Shown one piece after another: positions 27,577 to 40,207 of a stretch of DNA of 64,000 nucleotides. Source of the DNA: Intoshia linei (taxonomy: Eukaryota > Animalia > Orthonectida); assembly GCA_001642005.1 (NCBI GenBank), contig LWCA01000036.1, positions 1 to 64,000 on the forward strand, written 5' to 3'. A program made the translations under genes and the position numbers. Every line of letters begins with the position of its first letter. Within the stretch, counting starts at the first letter, position 1. The notes beneath the pieces are model-generated. The model saw only the letters and a list, made by a program, of their open reading frames with translations. It had not been told where the DNA came from and did no database searches.

Positions 27577-27858
27577 AAAACTAGAAATTTGTAATTAATA
27601 TGTAAATTTTGTAAATGTATTTATGTCGTTTTTGTGTAAATTGCTGTGAATAACCGACTGCACGTGTGTTTTAATAGTTATTGTGTTTCCTCTTTGTGAG
27701 TTTATGTCTGTAAAAGTATTTATAAAATACAATAGAGATTTAAAAATATATCAATATAAATGTAAAAACATTATCCTTTCATTTGCAGGTGTCAAATTAA
27801 CTGATACGTAACGAACTTTTTAGACAAATTTTCACACATTTTATTAAATTTATGTGTT

Positions 27859-30800
27859 ATGCATTTAATAAATTTTGTCCATTTTATATTTTTTAAAGGT
27901 ATTCTTATGTCAAAAATTTTATCCGAAAAAGACAAAGTATGACTTTATTTAAAATTATTTACAAATTGTATAGATTCGTTTGCAAAAATTACCACAATGT
28001 AACATTTATTGTTCGAGTCGTTTACCATTCGACCCTACATGTGCTTCAAATAATGTCATTTATCCCAATACTTGTTTAATTAGAAAATTAATATTTTGTT
28101 ATAATGTTAAAATTAACATTACTAATTATTCTTCTTGCACCAATACAAGTATTTTTTCATTGTTCATTTAAAAATTTAAGATAATTTTAATTGCTTCTTG
28201 AACCAATTTGATGCTCAAAGACTAAATTCTAGTTATATTCCAACTTGTTCGACGCATGAATTTTTTTATCCTTTGCAATGTCAAAATAATGTTTGTTGGT
28301 GCAGTAATAACTTTGGCTCCCGTGTTGGAGGTGTTTTCTTTAAAAAAAAGAATTCTATTCGAAAATGTCTCGAAATGTCTGCAGATTCATGTATCAATTT
28401 TTTTAACCTTTACCATTTTTGATTTTAGATTACGATTCATGCTCACATGCACTTGGTGTAATATTTATCAATAGATTTAAATATTTTTTGAATAATTATA
28501 AAGGTATATTTTGTAATTTGTTTAAATTACAATTCAATTTAGACAATGTCAAAACATTTAAATTGGTTGATAGTAATTTTGATAATGGATGGAGTTTTGA
28601 TGAGTTTAAATCTTTTATACAGTCGTCATTTCATATCAAAAATGTTACAATTATAGACAGTTTTAATTGCATTGACAGTATTTTTAAAGTACTCGATATT
28701 GACCAAAGTATGAATATTTCTTTCGAGGAATTTTCCATTTTTATCACAAAATCTGATTCAAAGTATGTTTTTATCGAATTAATCATACGTGTTGGTAAAA
28801 GTGGCGTAAAAGGACTGCGCAAATTTATTATTTTTTTATTCAAGTTTTTTTTACCGTCAAAAAAAAAATTTGACACCATTGAATTATAGTATAGTTTAAT
28901 ACAGTTTATCTCAAAAATAGGGATATCCACTGGTCGCATTTTTTTAATTCATATGTGAATAATATATTTGTCACATAAAATTAGTTATTATTGATTTTAA
29001 TAATAATGGCTTTTTCTTATAATTTGATTTATTTTTATCTATTATTCCTAGATTAATTCTTTTAAATTCTCATTTTAAATCAAAGTACCAGTCAATGGAT
29101 CAAAAATCTCAAATTAACAAATTGCCTCAATTATTTAATTATTCCGACAAAATTAGACGAAGTTATTCACTTGTAATAAAAGCTTATAATCAATTTAGAT
29201 TTCAAAAGTCTTGATTGTTTTGAAAAGAAAAAATTTATTTTAAAATATCAAAATATACAGAATAATTTCACATTTACTTCCAATATAGAATGTCATTCTG
29301 ACGGAACTTATATATCCAAGCAATGTTTACAAAATAAAAAATATTGTTGGTGTGTTGACACCATTAGTGGTAGCATGATTCAAAAAACTATTACTTCTAA
29401 TCACCAAAATTTGATTTGTTTCAATGAACTTTCATCCGCTCAGTATATTGACAAATTAAAAGGTTATTCATTTTTTAAATTCAAATACGTGTTGACGATG
29501 ATGGTTCATATGTTTTAATATCTTAAAAATAATGTTAGGGTGTTCAACATTTCTTACAACCATTGAATAATTTTTTACAATGTTAAGTGTATGACTAAAA
29601 CAGAATTTAATTGAATTATTAAATTAATACGAGACTTTGTTTTTTTGTTTGAATGTAATTATTAATTTTTAACATTTTTTAATTATATTTCTATCTTAAC
29701 TATGTAATATTAGTCATTTATGATTTTTTCTCATAAGATTTGGTAAAGTCGTATTTTTCAAAAAAATATCGAAAAATGGGGATTTTTCCATTAAGGGTTG
29801 GTAAAATTGGATTTATTTTGAGGTTTGATTTTTCATGAATTTTTCAAAAAAATATTGGTAAAAGTCGATTTTTCTCAGACGGTTTGACAGGGTATTTTTT
29901 ATAAAATTTTATTAGTGGTGGGATAAAAATCAGATTTATTAAATAATAATGTAGGGGTCGTCTAGATCAGGGGTTCCGAAAGGGGCCAATCGAAAAATCA
30001 AGGTGCCATGGAAAAAAATTTCTATTTGGTGCAATAAAAAATTTTATATATATTTTTTAAGATAATGTATTAATTATTCAAAATTGATATCAAATTGAAT
30101 TTAATAATAATCGAAAATTTATCGTTGAATATTTTAAAAGTTTACATATCAAAAAAATCTAAAATGCCTCATTTTTAGTCATCATTAATTATTTGTAAAA
30201 AAATTATAATGGAGGCTATAGAAATAATTTAGTAAAGAAGGGTCATAGCTTCAAAAGGGTTGGAAATCCTGGTCTAGACTTGGGGATAAATTCCCAACAT
30301 CTGGAAAATTTGTAATAAATATTAAAAATAAACAAAAGTTGATTAAATAGAATTTATATTTTATTTAATCTCACCAACCCCCAGGTACATAGTTTATGAC
30401 CCAAAATCGGAAACTATTACCCTACAATCTAGGGCCTACAGGATATATCATTAGTAAATGTAAACCGGATAACAACTACGCTATGGGCACAATATGGCCC
30501 GTGAAATACTGCACTGATTTTTATTTTATGATGTAATATTAGAATGTTCGATATCGTACCATGAAGCTTTTCAAAAATGGATAGCGAACCGAATTGATTA
30601 ATAATAATTTGGAAAGTCAACAGTGGGCCCGTCAGATCAAAAGTGTGGGTTATATATACTGATTTTTGGTTACTCTATTCAGTCTTTAACTTTTTTCCGC
30701 GTTACGTGTTAGAGCAGCCTGCTCTCGTGATATTTCTATTCGGATATTGGTTCATCAGTGTTTTACAAACTTAAATTATTTTTATTTAGAACAACGATCG

Positions 30801-33047
30801 AAATTATGTAATTCTCATAAAACAAAAAATAAAATATTGGAAATTTTTGTCAAAGAGTTTAAAAGGAATTATAAAAGGTTAAATATTTATATTCAAATTA
30901 AATTTTGTTATTTTTAGAAAGAAAATTTCAATTGGTGAAATTATCAATTGGAGATTTTCGATAGCAGATGCAAATTTTAATTTCGTAGTGTTTTATTTTT
31001 TATTTTGTAAAGGTTGCATTTAAAACTGGCTCGAAACGTAGCCTATTTGAACCACTAGTGGTTATCATTGAAATTTCAGTAAAATGTAGCCCATAATAAA
31101 AAAAGTAAAAAATAAAAGGTTGGGAAACTTTGATTTAGAATGTTATGCCAGTGGTAGTTAAATTTACGTTTTTGGGGTAATTTTAACCAAGTTTATAAAA
31201 TGAAACAAAAATTGTTATTTGATTAATATTTGGAAATTTTTGTTTGTGGTGATTAGAGCTCTTTTGATATACATCTGATATCTTATCTATTGTAATTTAA
31301 CATTTCCCTTCTAATTCCCCATACACGCGTAAATTTTTTGTATCGATCCGTAAATAATCATTATGTCCGATCTAATTGACCTATTTATTAACGATTACAT
31401 ATACACAGTAATTATTGACTTGTGGAACCAGTACGGATAAAAAAATTAAAATTTATATCAATACAACTTTATTCAATTCTTACACTCTAGGGAGGAATTT
31501 TGCTATTATATAGTCATTGTTATACTCAAAAAAAATAGTTTTTCTCAAACGATTATCTTGTGTCACATAGTTTAATGATGTGCTGATTTTATACAAACTG
31601 ACAATACGTTTTATGGTCTTAAGAGCTGTGACGAATGGTTACTGACCATGATGTTACAATAATATAGTATAAATATTTTTCTCCTTTCTTTATCAATTAA
31701 GTACTAACATTAATTAATTTTTACTAACATAAAATTTTAAGTAGTAAGCAGTTTACTTCTGAAGTTAGTGGTTTCACTCAAAGCACATAAAAATAGTTTA
31801 TATAGATTATTTTATATTGAAATTGTATTTATGGAATTTAGACTGATTTTAAATATTAATTTTGAGTGTAATTACAAAAGGTTAAGTATGAATCTACTTT
31901 TATTTAAATAATCTTTTCTTTTTTAACCTAATTACCTTTTCAAATTTAAGAATAACAAGGTCATTATAAAATATTGTTTATTTTCTTTAAATCAGTAGTT
32001 CCTAATTCAAATAGTGTACGGACCCCCAGTTCAAAATATTTATTTTTTTGTACCCCAAAGGAGACATGAAATATAAAACATTTATGAAAAAATTTCAAAT
32101 TTTTTCTCAGATTTGGTAAAATCGTTTTTCAAAAAAATATTGCAAAAAAGGATTTTTCCTTAAGGTTTTGGTAAAATTGTATTTTTTATATTATGGTTGG
32201 ATTCATTTTTCGAAAAAATATCGGTAAAAGTCGATTTTACCCTGGGTGTTTAGAATGGTATTTTTTATTATCACTTATGGCACTGTAAATTTTATTAATT
32301 GTGGAATACAAGTGATTTTTGAAATAATAATGTAACGGTCATATAGATTTGGGATAAATTCCAAACATCTGGCAATTCAGTAATAAATATTAAAAATTTT
32401 CGTATAAGAATAAAGAAAAATTGATCATATTTTATTTTAATTTCATCTACCTCAATCGCAAACCACTGCTCTAAATGGAATACACGCTCCAAGGGAAAAA
32501 GATTCCAATTGTACCTTATAGAAACCCTAAATATTATTTTAATATATCTCCATGCGATTTGTCTAAACTTTAGATCCTATATCATGCATACTAATCTACA
32601 TTTAATATGATAATGTATGGATCCCAGTTCTTTTGCACATATTGACAATCTTGTAAGTTCTGCAGCACGATCCAAAGCATTAAATTTTAAAATCTCGTCA
32701 ATACGATACCAGCTAGTTCGTCTATTGTTACTCAATACGACCGTATTGCAGAATTTTAATTCCTACATTTTATGTAACGGGAACAGTCAACAATTAAAAA
32801 CTTGTTTGATTTGTTATAATGTAATGAAGGAATATTAAAAAATAACTCAATTTTTTAGATACTCGATGATGACGAAACTGCAATTCTTTTTAACAAATTA
32901 TCATTGCATTCAATGGACGTGGAATGCATAAAACTATTGTTTAATGCGTCTTTGCTTAAAGATCCTGCAGATGATTTTAGTTTCGCCTTTATAAACGGCC
33001 AAAATATTTACCCAATTGAGAAATTGAAAAAATTATTTATAAATTAA
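27859..33047 (+). CDS. SMOC/Pentagone-like secreted modular calcium-binding protein (Kazal-TY-EF-TY-EF)
   Basis: Hydrophobic N-terminus. Kazal CNIYC...PTCASNNVIYPNTC. Thyroglobulin-1 YIPTC...QC...CWC. EF-hands DSNFDNGWSFDEF and DIDQSMNISFEEF. Second TY ECHSDGTYISKQC...YCWCVD (~29289-29462). WRFSIADANFNF|ILDDDE EC-type EF-hand. Last exon 32859-33047. Some middle junctions are approximate. Confidence 0.78.
29968..30271. mobile_element. hAT/Charlie MITE nested inside a family A MITE (SMOC-like gene intron)
   Basis: CAGGGGTTCC ... GGAAATCCTG, flanked by GTCTAGAT / GTCTAGAC. It interrupts the GTCTAG motif that is intact in other family A copies (e.g. ~4925). Confidence 0.8.
31993..32468. mobile_element. 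Complete hAT/Charlie MITE family A
   Basis: CAGTAGTTCC ... AAACCACTG termini. TSD CTTTAAAT / CTCTAAAT (7/8; NTCTARAN-type). Confidence 0.8.
32610..32765 (-). pseudogene. Relic of an unidentified protein-coding family (copy A)
   Basis: GIKILQYG(RI)/LSNNRRTSWYRIDEILKFNALDRAAEL with one frameshift. Collinear with 44850-45012. Confidence 0.55.
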
Positions 33048-33071
33048 CAATTATTTTGAATCAAACACTTT

Positions 33072-33307
33072 TCACCATTGAGATGTATAATTTGTTGTAT
33101 TAAATCTATTTGATAATCTAGCATTGTATTTACTGTCGAAAATTTTATTTGCTTCAATTAAGGCTTTCATTTCTAAAAAATGAATTAATAGGCTCGGTGT
33201 TTAAAAATCTTACCTGGTTCATTTTTTTTGAGTTCTCGAATGAAGCATCTTCGAGAAACGCAAAATTCCAAACGACCAGCTTCCATCCATAACGATCTAT
33301 TTGACAT
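33072..33307 (-). CDS. Unannotated 64-aa microprotein, 2 exons (33214-33307, 33072-33172)
   Basis: An ATG, a 41-nt G|GTAAGA...TTTTTAG| intron and a TGA give the open frame MSNRSLWMEAGRLEFCVSRRCFIRELKKNEPEMKALIEANKIFDSKYNARLSNRFNTTNYTSQW. Exon 1 is GC-elevated. Confidence 0.6.
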
Positions 33308-33444
33308 TATTTGAAAATGAAATGGGGCTAATTAATTGGCACAGTTTTAGATTTATAATCGATATTGAAACAAACACAAAAGTCATTATATCAAATACAA
33401 TAAATATGTATGATTTATTTTAAAATATACAATTCTCGCGTAAT

Positions 33445-34611
33445 TTAAGTGCATTTTGTTCCAAGAGCCCTTAATTTACGATTTTTCATTTCATCCATAT
33501 TTTGACGTGACATGTGAACTCGGCCCAGTTTATTTGAAAAGACGTCCATTTCAATGTTTTTTTTCTATTGATAATTCAATTTACATAATTAAAAAAATAC
33601 CTTTCTGATGATGGTGGGTAATGAAAGTGAATTTTTAAATTCTTTTTCTGATGCAATTTGATTTCTTCTCAATTTAAATTTAATGGATGAAACAAATTGA
33701 CAATCTGCTATGGAATAAGTTCCACTACAATTTTTAACTGTGGTTCTAAAAGATTATTATATCAAATAGATATGACTTAATAAAATTTTGAAATATTTAT
33801 AGTAAAATTAGAAATTACTTGTAATTTCTAATTTCGAGTTCATTTTCATATAAAACAAACATTAAGTAGTTATCAAAACCAGTTACAACAATATTGTCTA
33901 CAACTGGCCCACCAAAATAATCTAATGGAAAAAATTATATTAAAAAATATAAAATTACCAATAAAAAAATTTTTCAATCGTTGCATTTCCGTCGAAATGG
34001 TAAATTCACCGAGAAATAAAAGTCCCATTTTTGAACCATACGTTAATTTATTCTATAATATTCATAAATTTTATTTGATATTAAATTTACCATAAAGTCA
34101 GAATCAAAATCTAAATGGGCTATACCCATCTCAAACATGTCAAAAACTTTTTCATCGTATATTCGACCGATTATAATATTATTTGGTCTTTTTTTTGTAT
34201 CGGATCCTACTAAAAACATAGAACAGCCATGTTGTCTAGATAATTTTTCAACGTCTTCGTAGTTTTCGAATAAAGATTTGTTTGATCTCCTAAAATAAAT
34301 TGATGAGACATTATGACGACAAATTTTTCAGATAATTACCGTTTAAGAAATATTTTGTCTGTTTTAAATTTTACCTATTGAAAAATACATTAGATATGCC
34401 AAAAAAACGAAATTACAAGAGTTTTTAAACAAGCTTCAACTACTATGCCTGAAGCTGTGTTGTTTAAAACGAGAGTTGATTTAGAATTTTGTAATTTAGG
34501 TTCTCGTCGTTTGAATAGACATTTCGATCGTCTTTTAATTGATTTTTTTGATCTTAAATTATACATTTTAACTAAATTAAATGTTTTACATTACTTTTGA
34601 CTAGGTGCCAT
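33445..34611 (-). CDS. RPF2: Ribosome production factor 2 homologue (Brix domain), split by several mini-introns
   Basis: KRREPKL, CSMFLVGSDTKKRPNNIIIGRIYDEKVFDMFEMGI and C-terminal LGRVHMSRQNMDEMKNRKLRAL match RPF2. The first three introns are 42, 42 and 50 nt. Confidence 0.93.
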
Positions 34612-34851
34612 TTTTTGTGTCGATAATTTAAATTTTCCCAAGTGATTATTCAATAAACTTTATTCAAATTAAATTTTACACATTTGTTGATTTTGTATTT
34701 TTACTGATATTGCGTCGTTTTTTCTAATGGTTACTTTAAAATGTTTGCAACATACTGTCTAGTTTACCAAACTGAAAGTTTGCATTGCTTATGTTGGGTT
34801 TTATAACAAAATATTTTTTGAAGATTACGAAAAGTGAAGTATGCTTTAGGA

Positions 34852-35889
34852 CAGGGGTGCACAAAGTACGGCCATGGGCAATACATCTGATTATTTTACA
34901 TTACATCATTTTACTGCAAATTAAAAATTTAAAATGAGATTTTATTCAAGGTCTATTTCAAATATTTTAATCAAAAAGTTACATTTTTGACTTTGCCCCA
35001 GTTTCTCAAATGTTAGCGAATGGAACACAATATCAAGGCAGTCACTGATATTTTTTTATGTCATTATTACTATTTACATATTTTTTATGTCTTCCACTCT
35101 AATGTATGAACAAATCGGTTTTAATGGAACTTTTTTCTGTTGTCCAATTATTATTATTAATTATTTATCGAAAAATTAATGATAAATGTTTTTTCCAAAA
35201 AAATATTAGTAAAAGGAGATTTTTCAAATTTTTTTTTAAAATCAGGTTTTTTCTTATGAAATCAGTCAGAAGATTTATTGATCTAATAATTTGGTAAAAT
35301 GGGATTTTTCATAAAAATATTGGTAAAAGCGATTTTTTTCTTTAAGGGTTGGTAAAATTTGATTTTTTCTTTTGGAATCAGATAGGGTAGTTTTTATTCT
35401 AAAACTTTGGTAAAAATGGATTTTTAAAAAAATATATTGGTAAAAAGGGATTTCTTCCTTAAGAGTTGGTAAAATTTTGGTTTTTTCTCATAAAACTATA
35501 TTAAATTGGATAATTTAATGAAATATGTTAAAAATTGTAGATTAGCCTACAATCATCTAAATTTTTGTATTCACCCCTTGGGGTGACCAGTCACCCCCAT
35601 GAGAAACACTGTATTAATCCTACTACATTAATACTACTACTATTACTGTATTGCTATTTATTTCGATTCAGATAAATGACAAATGTGGTGTTAATTTTAG
35701 TTGAAAATTATTAATTAAAACTTGCTGATACAATAATGTATTAAAATTTAAAGAGAACTATTTTATATTAGACCTAAAATTTAGGTCCAGACTAAAATTT
35801 CTCAATGTCAAAGTAAATTTTGTGCGGCCGAGGCACCAATGAGAAAAGTAGCATTGTGGCTGAATTGGTGGAAAGGTTGTGCATCCCTG
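34852..35889 (-). mobile_element. Complete composite hAT element (outer MITE carrying an inner MITE at ~34999-35611)
   Basis: TIR CAGGGGTGCACAA / TTGTGCATCCCTG with TSD CTTTAGGA / CTTTAGAA. Inner termini CAGTTTCTCA / TGAGAAACACTG. Confidence 0.85.
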
Positions 35890-36438
35890 CTTTAGAATAA
35901 CAATTGGATGCCTTTTTCTCGGAAAAATACAAAATTATGAGGTTGGAATTTTTTCTCTGTGAATGGAAAACTGTCTTGTATAGTATCTGTGTAGTTTGTT
36001 TTTGTTAAATTCTAAAACTTGATATGTGAATATTTTTCAGTGATAATTCTATAATTGTATTTTTAGTTTCTTATCGTAAGGATGAAAATTTCTGAGAATT
36101 AAATTTATAGTAACACTTGATATTCTAGGAATGTTATTTTTTAGATAACCTGAAGGCAGAAATTTAACTTTATATAAATAAGCATTACTTTGAAAATTAT
36201 TATTTTGTACCTAAATAATACAAATTTTTCAGACCACTGGAAAATTATACTAATCCCAATTTAAGAAACTGACATGTAAGGATTAAGAAACATACGTTGA
36301 CATGTATGACTCCAATACTGAGTCCAAATCATACTTTGTCTTAAACAATTAGAGGGAACTCTGGTGGTAGTGTATATAAATGTATATTAACGTGTTTAAT
36401 AGGTGAAAATGTAATTATTAACATTTAATTTAAAATTA

Positions 36439-36682
36439 TTATAAATTAAAATCAACAACAACGTCAACATTTTTAGTTTCGTCGTTGATTTTGTCTAAAA
36501 GTTGATCTGTAATTTTTTCATGGATACTTTCGTCAGTATCTACATTGGTAGTCGAATAATTATCGCTTATTTCGCTGATAGTTTGAGATATGTGACTGGT
36601 AGTCTTTTGTAATTGTTCATTTAAATGCTTATATTCATCTTGAGATACAGCATTAACTTCTTTTGAATTTTTTCGCTGGAGT
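36439..36682 (-). CDS. Probable terminal coding exon (acidic/coiled), possibly belonging to the LIM gene
   Basis: TTTTTAG acceptor followed by the open frame LQRKNSKEVNAVSQDEYKHLNEQLQK...VDFNL*. Linkage to upstream exons is not resolved. Confidence 0.45.
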
Positions 36683-38560
36683 CTAAAAATTACATGATTA
36701 ATACGGATCAATTTAATGTTTCATTTAATATCATGCTTCTCGTTTTATAAACCTCACAAAAAGGAATATGATTCATGACAAATAAATACAATTTTTAACC
36801 CATTCAAGTTAAATTATTAACTAAATACATAAATTGTAATAAATAAGTAATGCACTTTTAAAAATAGAAAAAATTTGAATTTAATTATGAGTTTTCAACC
36901 TTAACTTTAATAACCACTTATCCGCCTCTTAACAGGACTAGTTAAATGTGAACATAAAATAATTATTATAGTCAAAAATATAATTTTTTGAATGAGCAAA
37001 TTATGAAAAATTAAGCCACAAATATGGTCTCAGTACAATAGGTTCGGGTCTGAAATCAAATAAATTAATTAACAGCTAAGACCGGAAATCTGAGTAATTA
37101 CAGGGCTCCAATCTAATGTAACCAAAATTTGGATAAACTTTTTTAATTTTTTTAAAATTTGATTTAAAAAGTATACATCAACTGTTCGTTGTACAATGTC
37201 GTATCCTGTTTAATGTCCACAGAGGCAATGTCAATTTTGCCACGACGAAAACAATTTTCACATGTAAATTTCTTTTCGTTCCTTTGAAATGAATTTAAGT
37301 GTAATTTTGTATTACAATCGACTAAAAATAGTATATATTCAGAGTGTATATAATAAATTATTCAGATACATATTGTTAGTACACTTTAAGTCCATTTTAA
37401 TGGAATATAGAAGTGATTCTTAAACATAAAACTCTACGGACTCTCATTTCACATAAAATTTATAAATCATACTTCTAATTACATTTTAGCTTTCATTTAC
37501 TAAATCTTTAAATGTCAATATATAAATGAGCCAATATCTCAAACCTTTTTAAATTTTCACAAAAAAATTAACAACTATTCTTAATGTTTAATATTCATAA
37601 ATTTAGCTTTACGATAGCTTCCCAGGGTAATGTGACTTTTGACGACATGAAGGTACAAATTTATTATAAAATATTTACTGAAAACATCTGTATTAAAATT
37701 GTCATATTTCGCGGAATCCTAGAAAATTATAAAGACCATCAAGAGTCCGCAGGTCCCAGTTTAAGAAACCAGGGAATATAGCAATAATAAGAAATGGCGT
37801 AATTTATGTTTTTATTAACATGTAAATTAAATTATTTTAAACTTTGACCAATGGTATTCACCTTTTTTCAGCTGATTCCTCACATTTTAATTCTCCGTTA
37901 AAATTTTAAAATTCCTCCATGGGAGGAATTACCCCGATTGAAAACACCGAGTTAAACCGATGTAAATTAAATGAATCGATTAATTCCCAAAACAGTAGAA
38001 AAAATAAACATAATTATTCATGAAATCATCAATATACTTCCTTCCCGGGTAATATCTTTTTCTACAAGGTCATTGTTGATAATTTAATTAGATGCACCGA
38101 ACCTATAATATAAAAACACGTGTTTAAAATACAATTAACAAATATCGTAAGATAAATAGAATATGTTGCATTTAGAATTAAAATTAAAACTATAAGGTTA
38201 AATTTATTGAGAAAAAATTGTATTCATTTTTGCTGAATTACCAAATTAAAATACATTCAATGTAAAATGTACATTTTTATCAAATGTTCATTCCCAGGGC
38301 TCATGACTTAAAAAACGTTCATAAACCGTTACTCAGCAAAGTTTAATTTATGAATAAATCTACAGTAAAACCTGCTATTCACCCTGTTAATTTATATTTA
38401 TATAGTAAAATTCTGTAATTCGCCCAAAATTTTTCATATTTTTTAAATTTCCAATAAAAACTTAGTGCATATTATAATTATAAAAAATTTATTTTAAGCA
38501 CAGTTTCAAAGTATTTCGAAACCATAATCCCTAATCTAATCTCGACATTTTAGACCCTCT

Positions 38561-38900
38561 CAGTGGCGGATCCAAGAGGCTAGTTAATGGGGTGCAAGCA
38601 AAGCGAAAAATATAGTAAGTATAGTAATATAAATTTTTTTCAGGGGCGTCTCTTTTAATTTCCGTTAAAGGTTGTTATACAATAGTTTCCAAATTTATAT
38701 TTTTTCGCAAAAATAAAAAAAATGATCAGCACAAAAAAAAAAAAAATTAATTTTGTTCATTAAATAATCCTAAATCAATTAGGTCCAGTCTTCTTGGATG
38801 TAGTATTGTAAATTCATTAACCAACATTAACATTACAAAACATTAATTAAAAATTTAGGGATACAACTGCACCTTTTGCACCCCCTTAAATCCACCCCTG
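38561..38900. mobile_element. TIR MITE with CAG...CTG ends and an apparent 5-bp TSD
   Basis: CCTCT|CAGTGGCGGATC ... AATCCACCCCTG|CCTCT. Confidence 0.6.
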
Positions 38901-40207
38901 CCTCTGATCGCAAATTATCGAGTTCCTTTCAATCTTTGCACACATTCAGTCTCATTCAATTTGAACACTCAAATACTTTCCAAATCATTTGTGCACTGTA
39001 CTCATTGAAGGAGTTGGACTTTACATTATTTAGATTTATATTTCATTATTGACAATAATTTCAGTAAAATCTATTTAATTAAGATTGTAGATAGTATATG
39101 AAAACTACAGTCGCTATTTTAAAATTAAAAATTAGTCAGTTAACGGTTCCACATCCAATGATTCAAATATGAATCATTCAAAATTTACCACCCCTTAATG
39201 GAAAATTCCCCTTTTACCAACTATGACATGCGATTCTAAATATGCCATATTTTTATTTTAGATATTGAATTAGATTGCTTTATGTAAACATGACATTCCA
39301 TTTAGTTAACAAAATTATAATTTTTAAGAAAATTTTTTTTCACTAGATAAAATGTTAATACTTTTACCCTTATAGAATTGAAAAAGTGTACATTTTATAT
39401 AAATATATAATTACGCAAGATTTATAAAATTGCATCAAAAATTAAAAATAGTAATTTGTCAAGTTTTAATAATAGGTAAACTTGGATTTTTCCTTAAATT
39501 TAGTTTATTATGGCTCTAAACTAAAGCCTCTAGTATAACATTTGATGATAAATAATTTTTTTAAATGTTTTTATATAAATTTGAAGTAATTTTAAAAATA
39601 AAAAAAAACAAAATATTCAAAACCTACTACCATTAATAATAACCAATTTTATCAAAATACAACAATAATTACAAATCTAATTAACGATAAAATAGATTTA
39701 TACCAATATAAAATTATGAAGAGTTCTTCAATAATTAAAGTAAAAATCTAAATTTTGTAGAAATAATTGATTAAAAGTACCCTAAAATCAATGAATCACA
39801 TTAAATTGGTTAGAAAAATCGAGCAAGTTAATGAATTTATTAGATTGCCTGTATTGCATAAATAAATGTTAAATTAGTAAATAACCTTCAACTAACTTTT
39901 ACATGAAACCTATTCAAAATATTTCTAATATCAATACACAGAAAATACCAGACCAATTAAAAAATATATTCCAGTATAAATCACCGTACTCGATCATATC
40001 CAAATAGGTGTGATGACATTTATTACATTAACCAATCCAATATTGAACCCAAAAAAATTATAGCATGCTTAATTTTTAAAAAAAATTTGTCTAAAATAGA
40101 TTTAAATTACATTCCCCCTATTCAAACTTGAGATTTTGAAATGAACATTCCCAGTAAAACTGAAAAATGTACATTTCAAATTTTGTAAATTATATAACAA
40201 AACTTAC

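Noticed and set aside
37860-38103. Alternative genetic code (TAA read as sense) suggested by in-frame TAAs
   Set aside because: Conserved genes here (ATR, RPF2, PSMD8, arylsulfatase) end at TAA at the expected positions and have no internal TAA.
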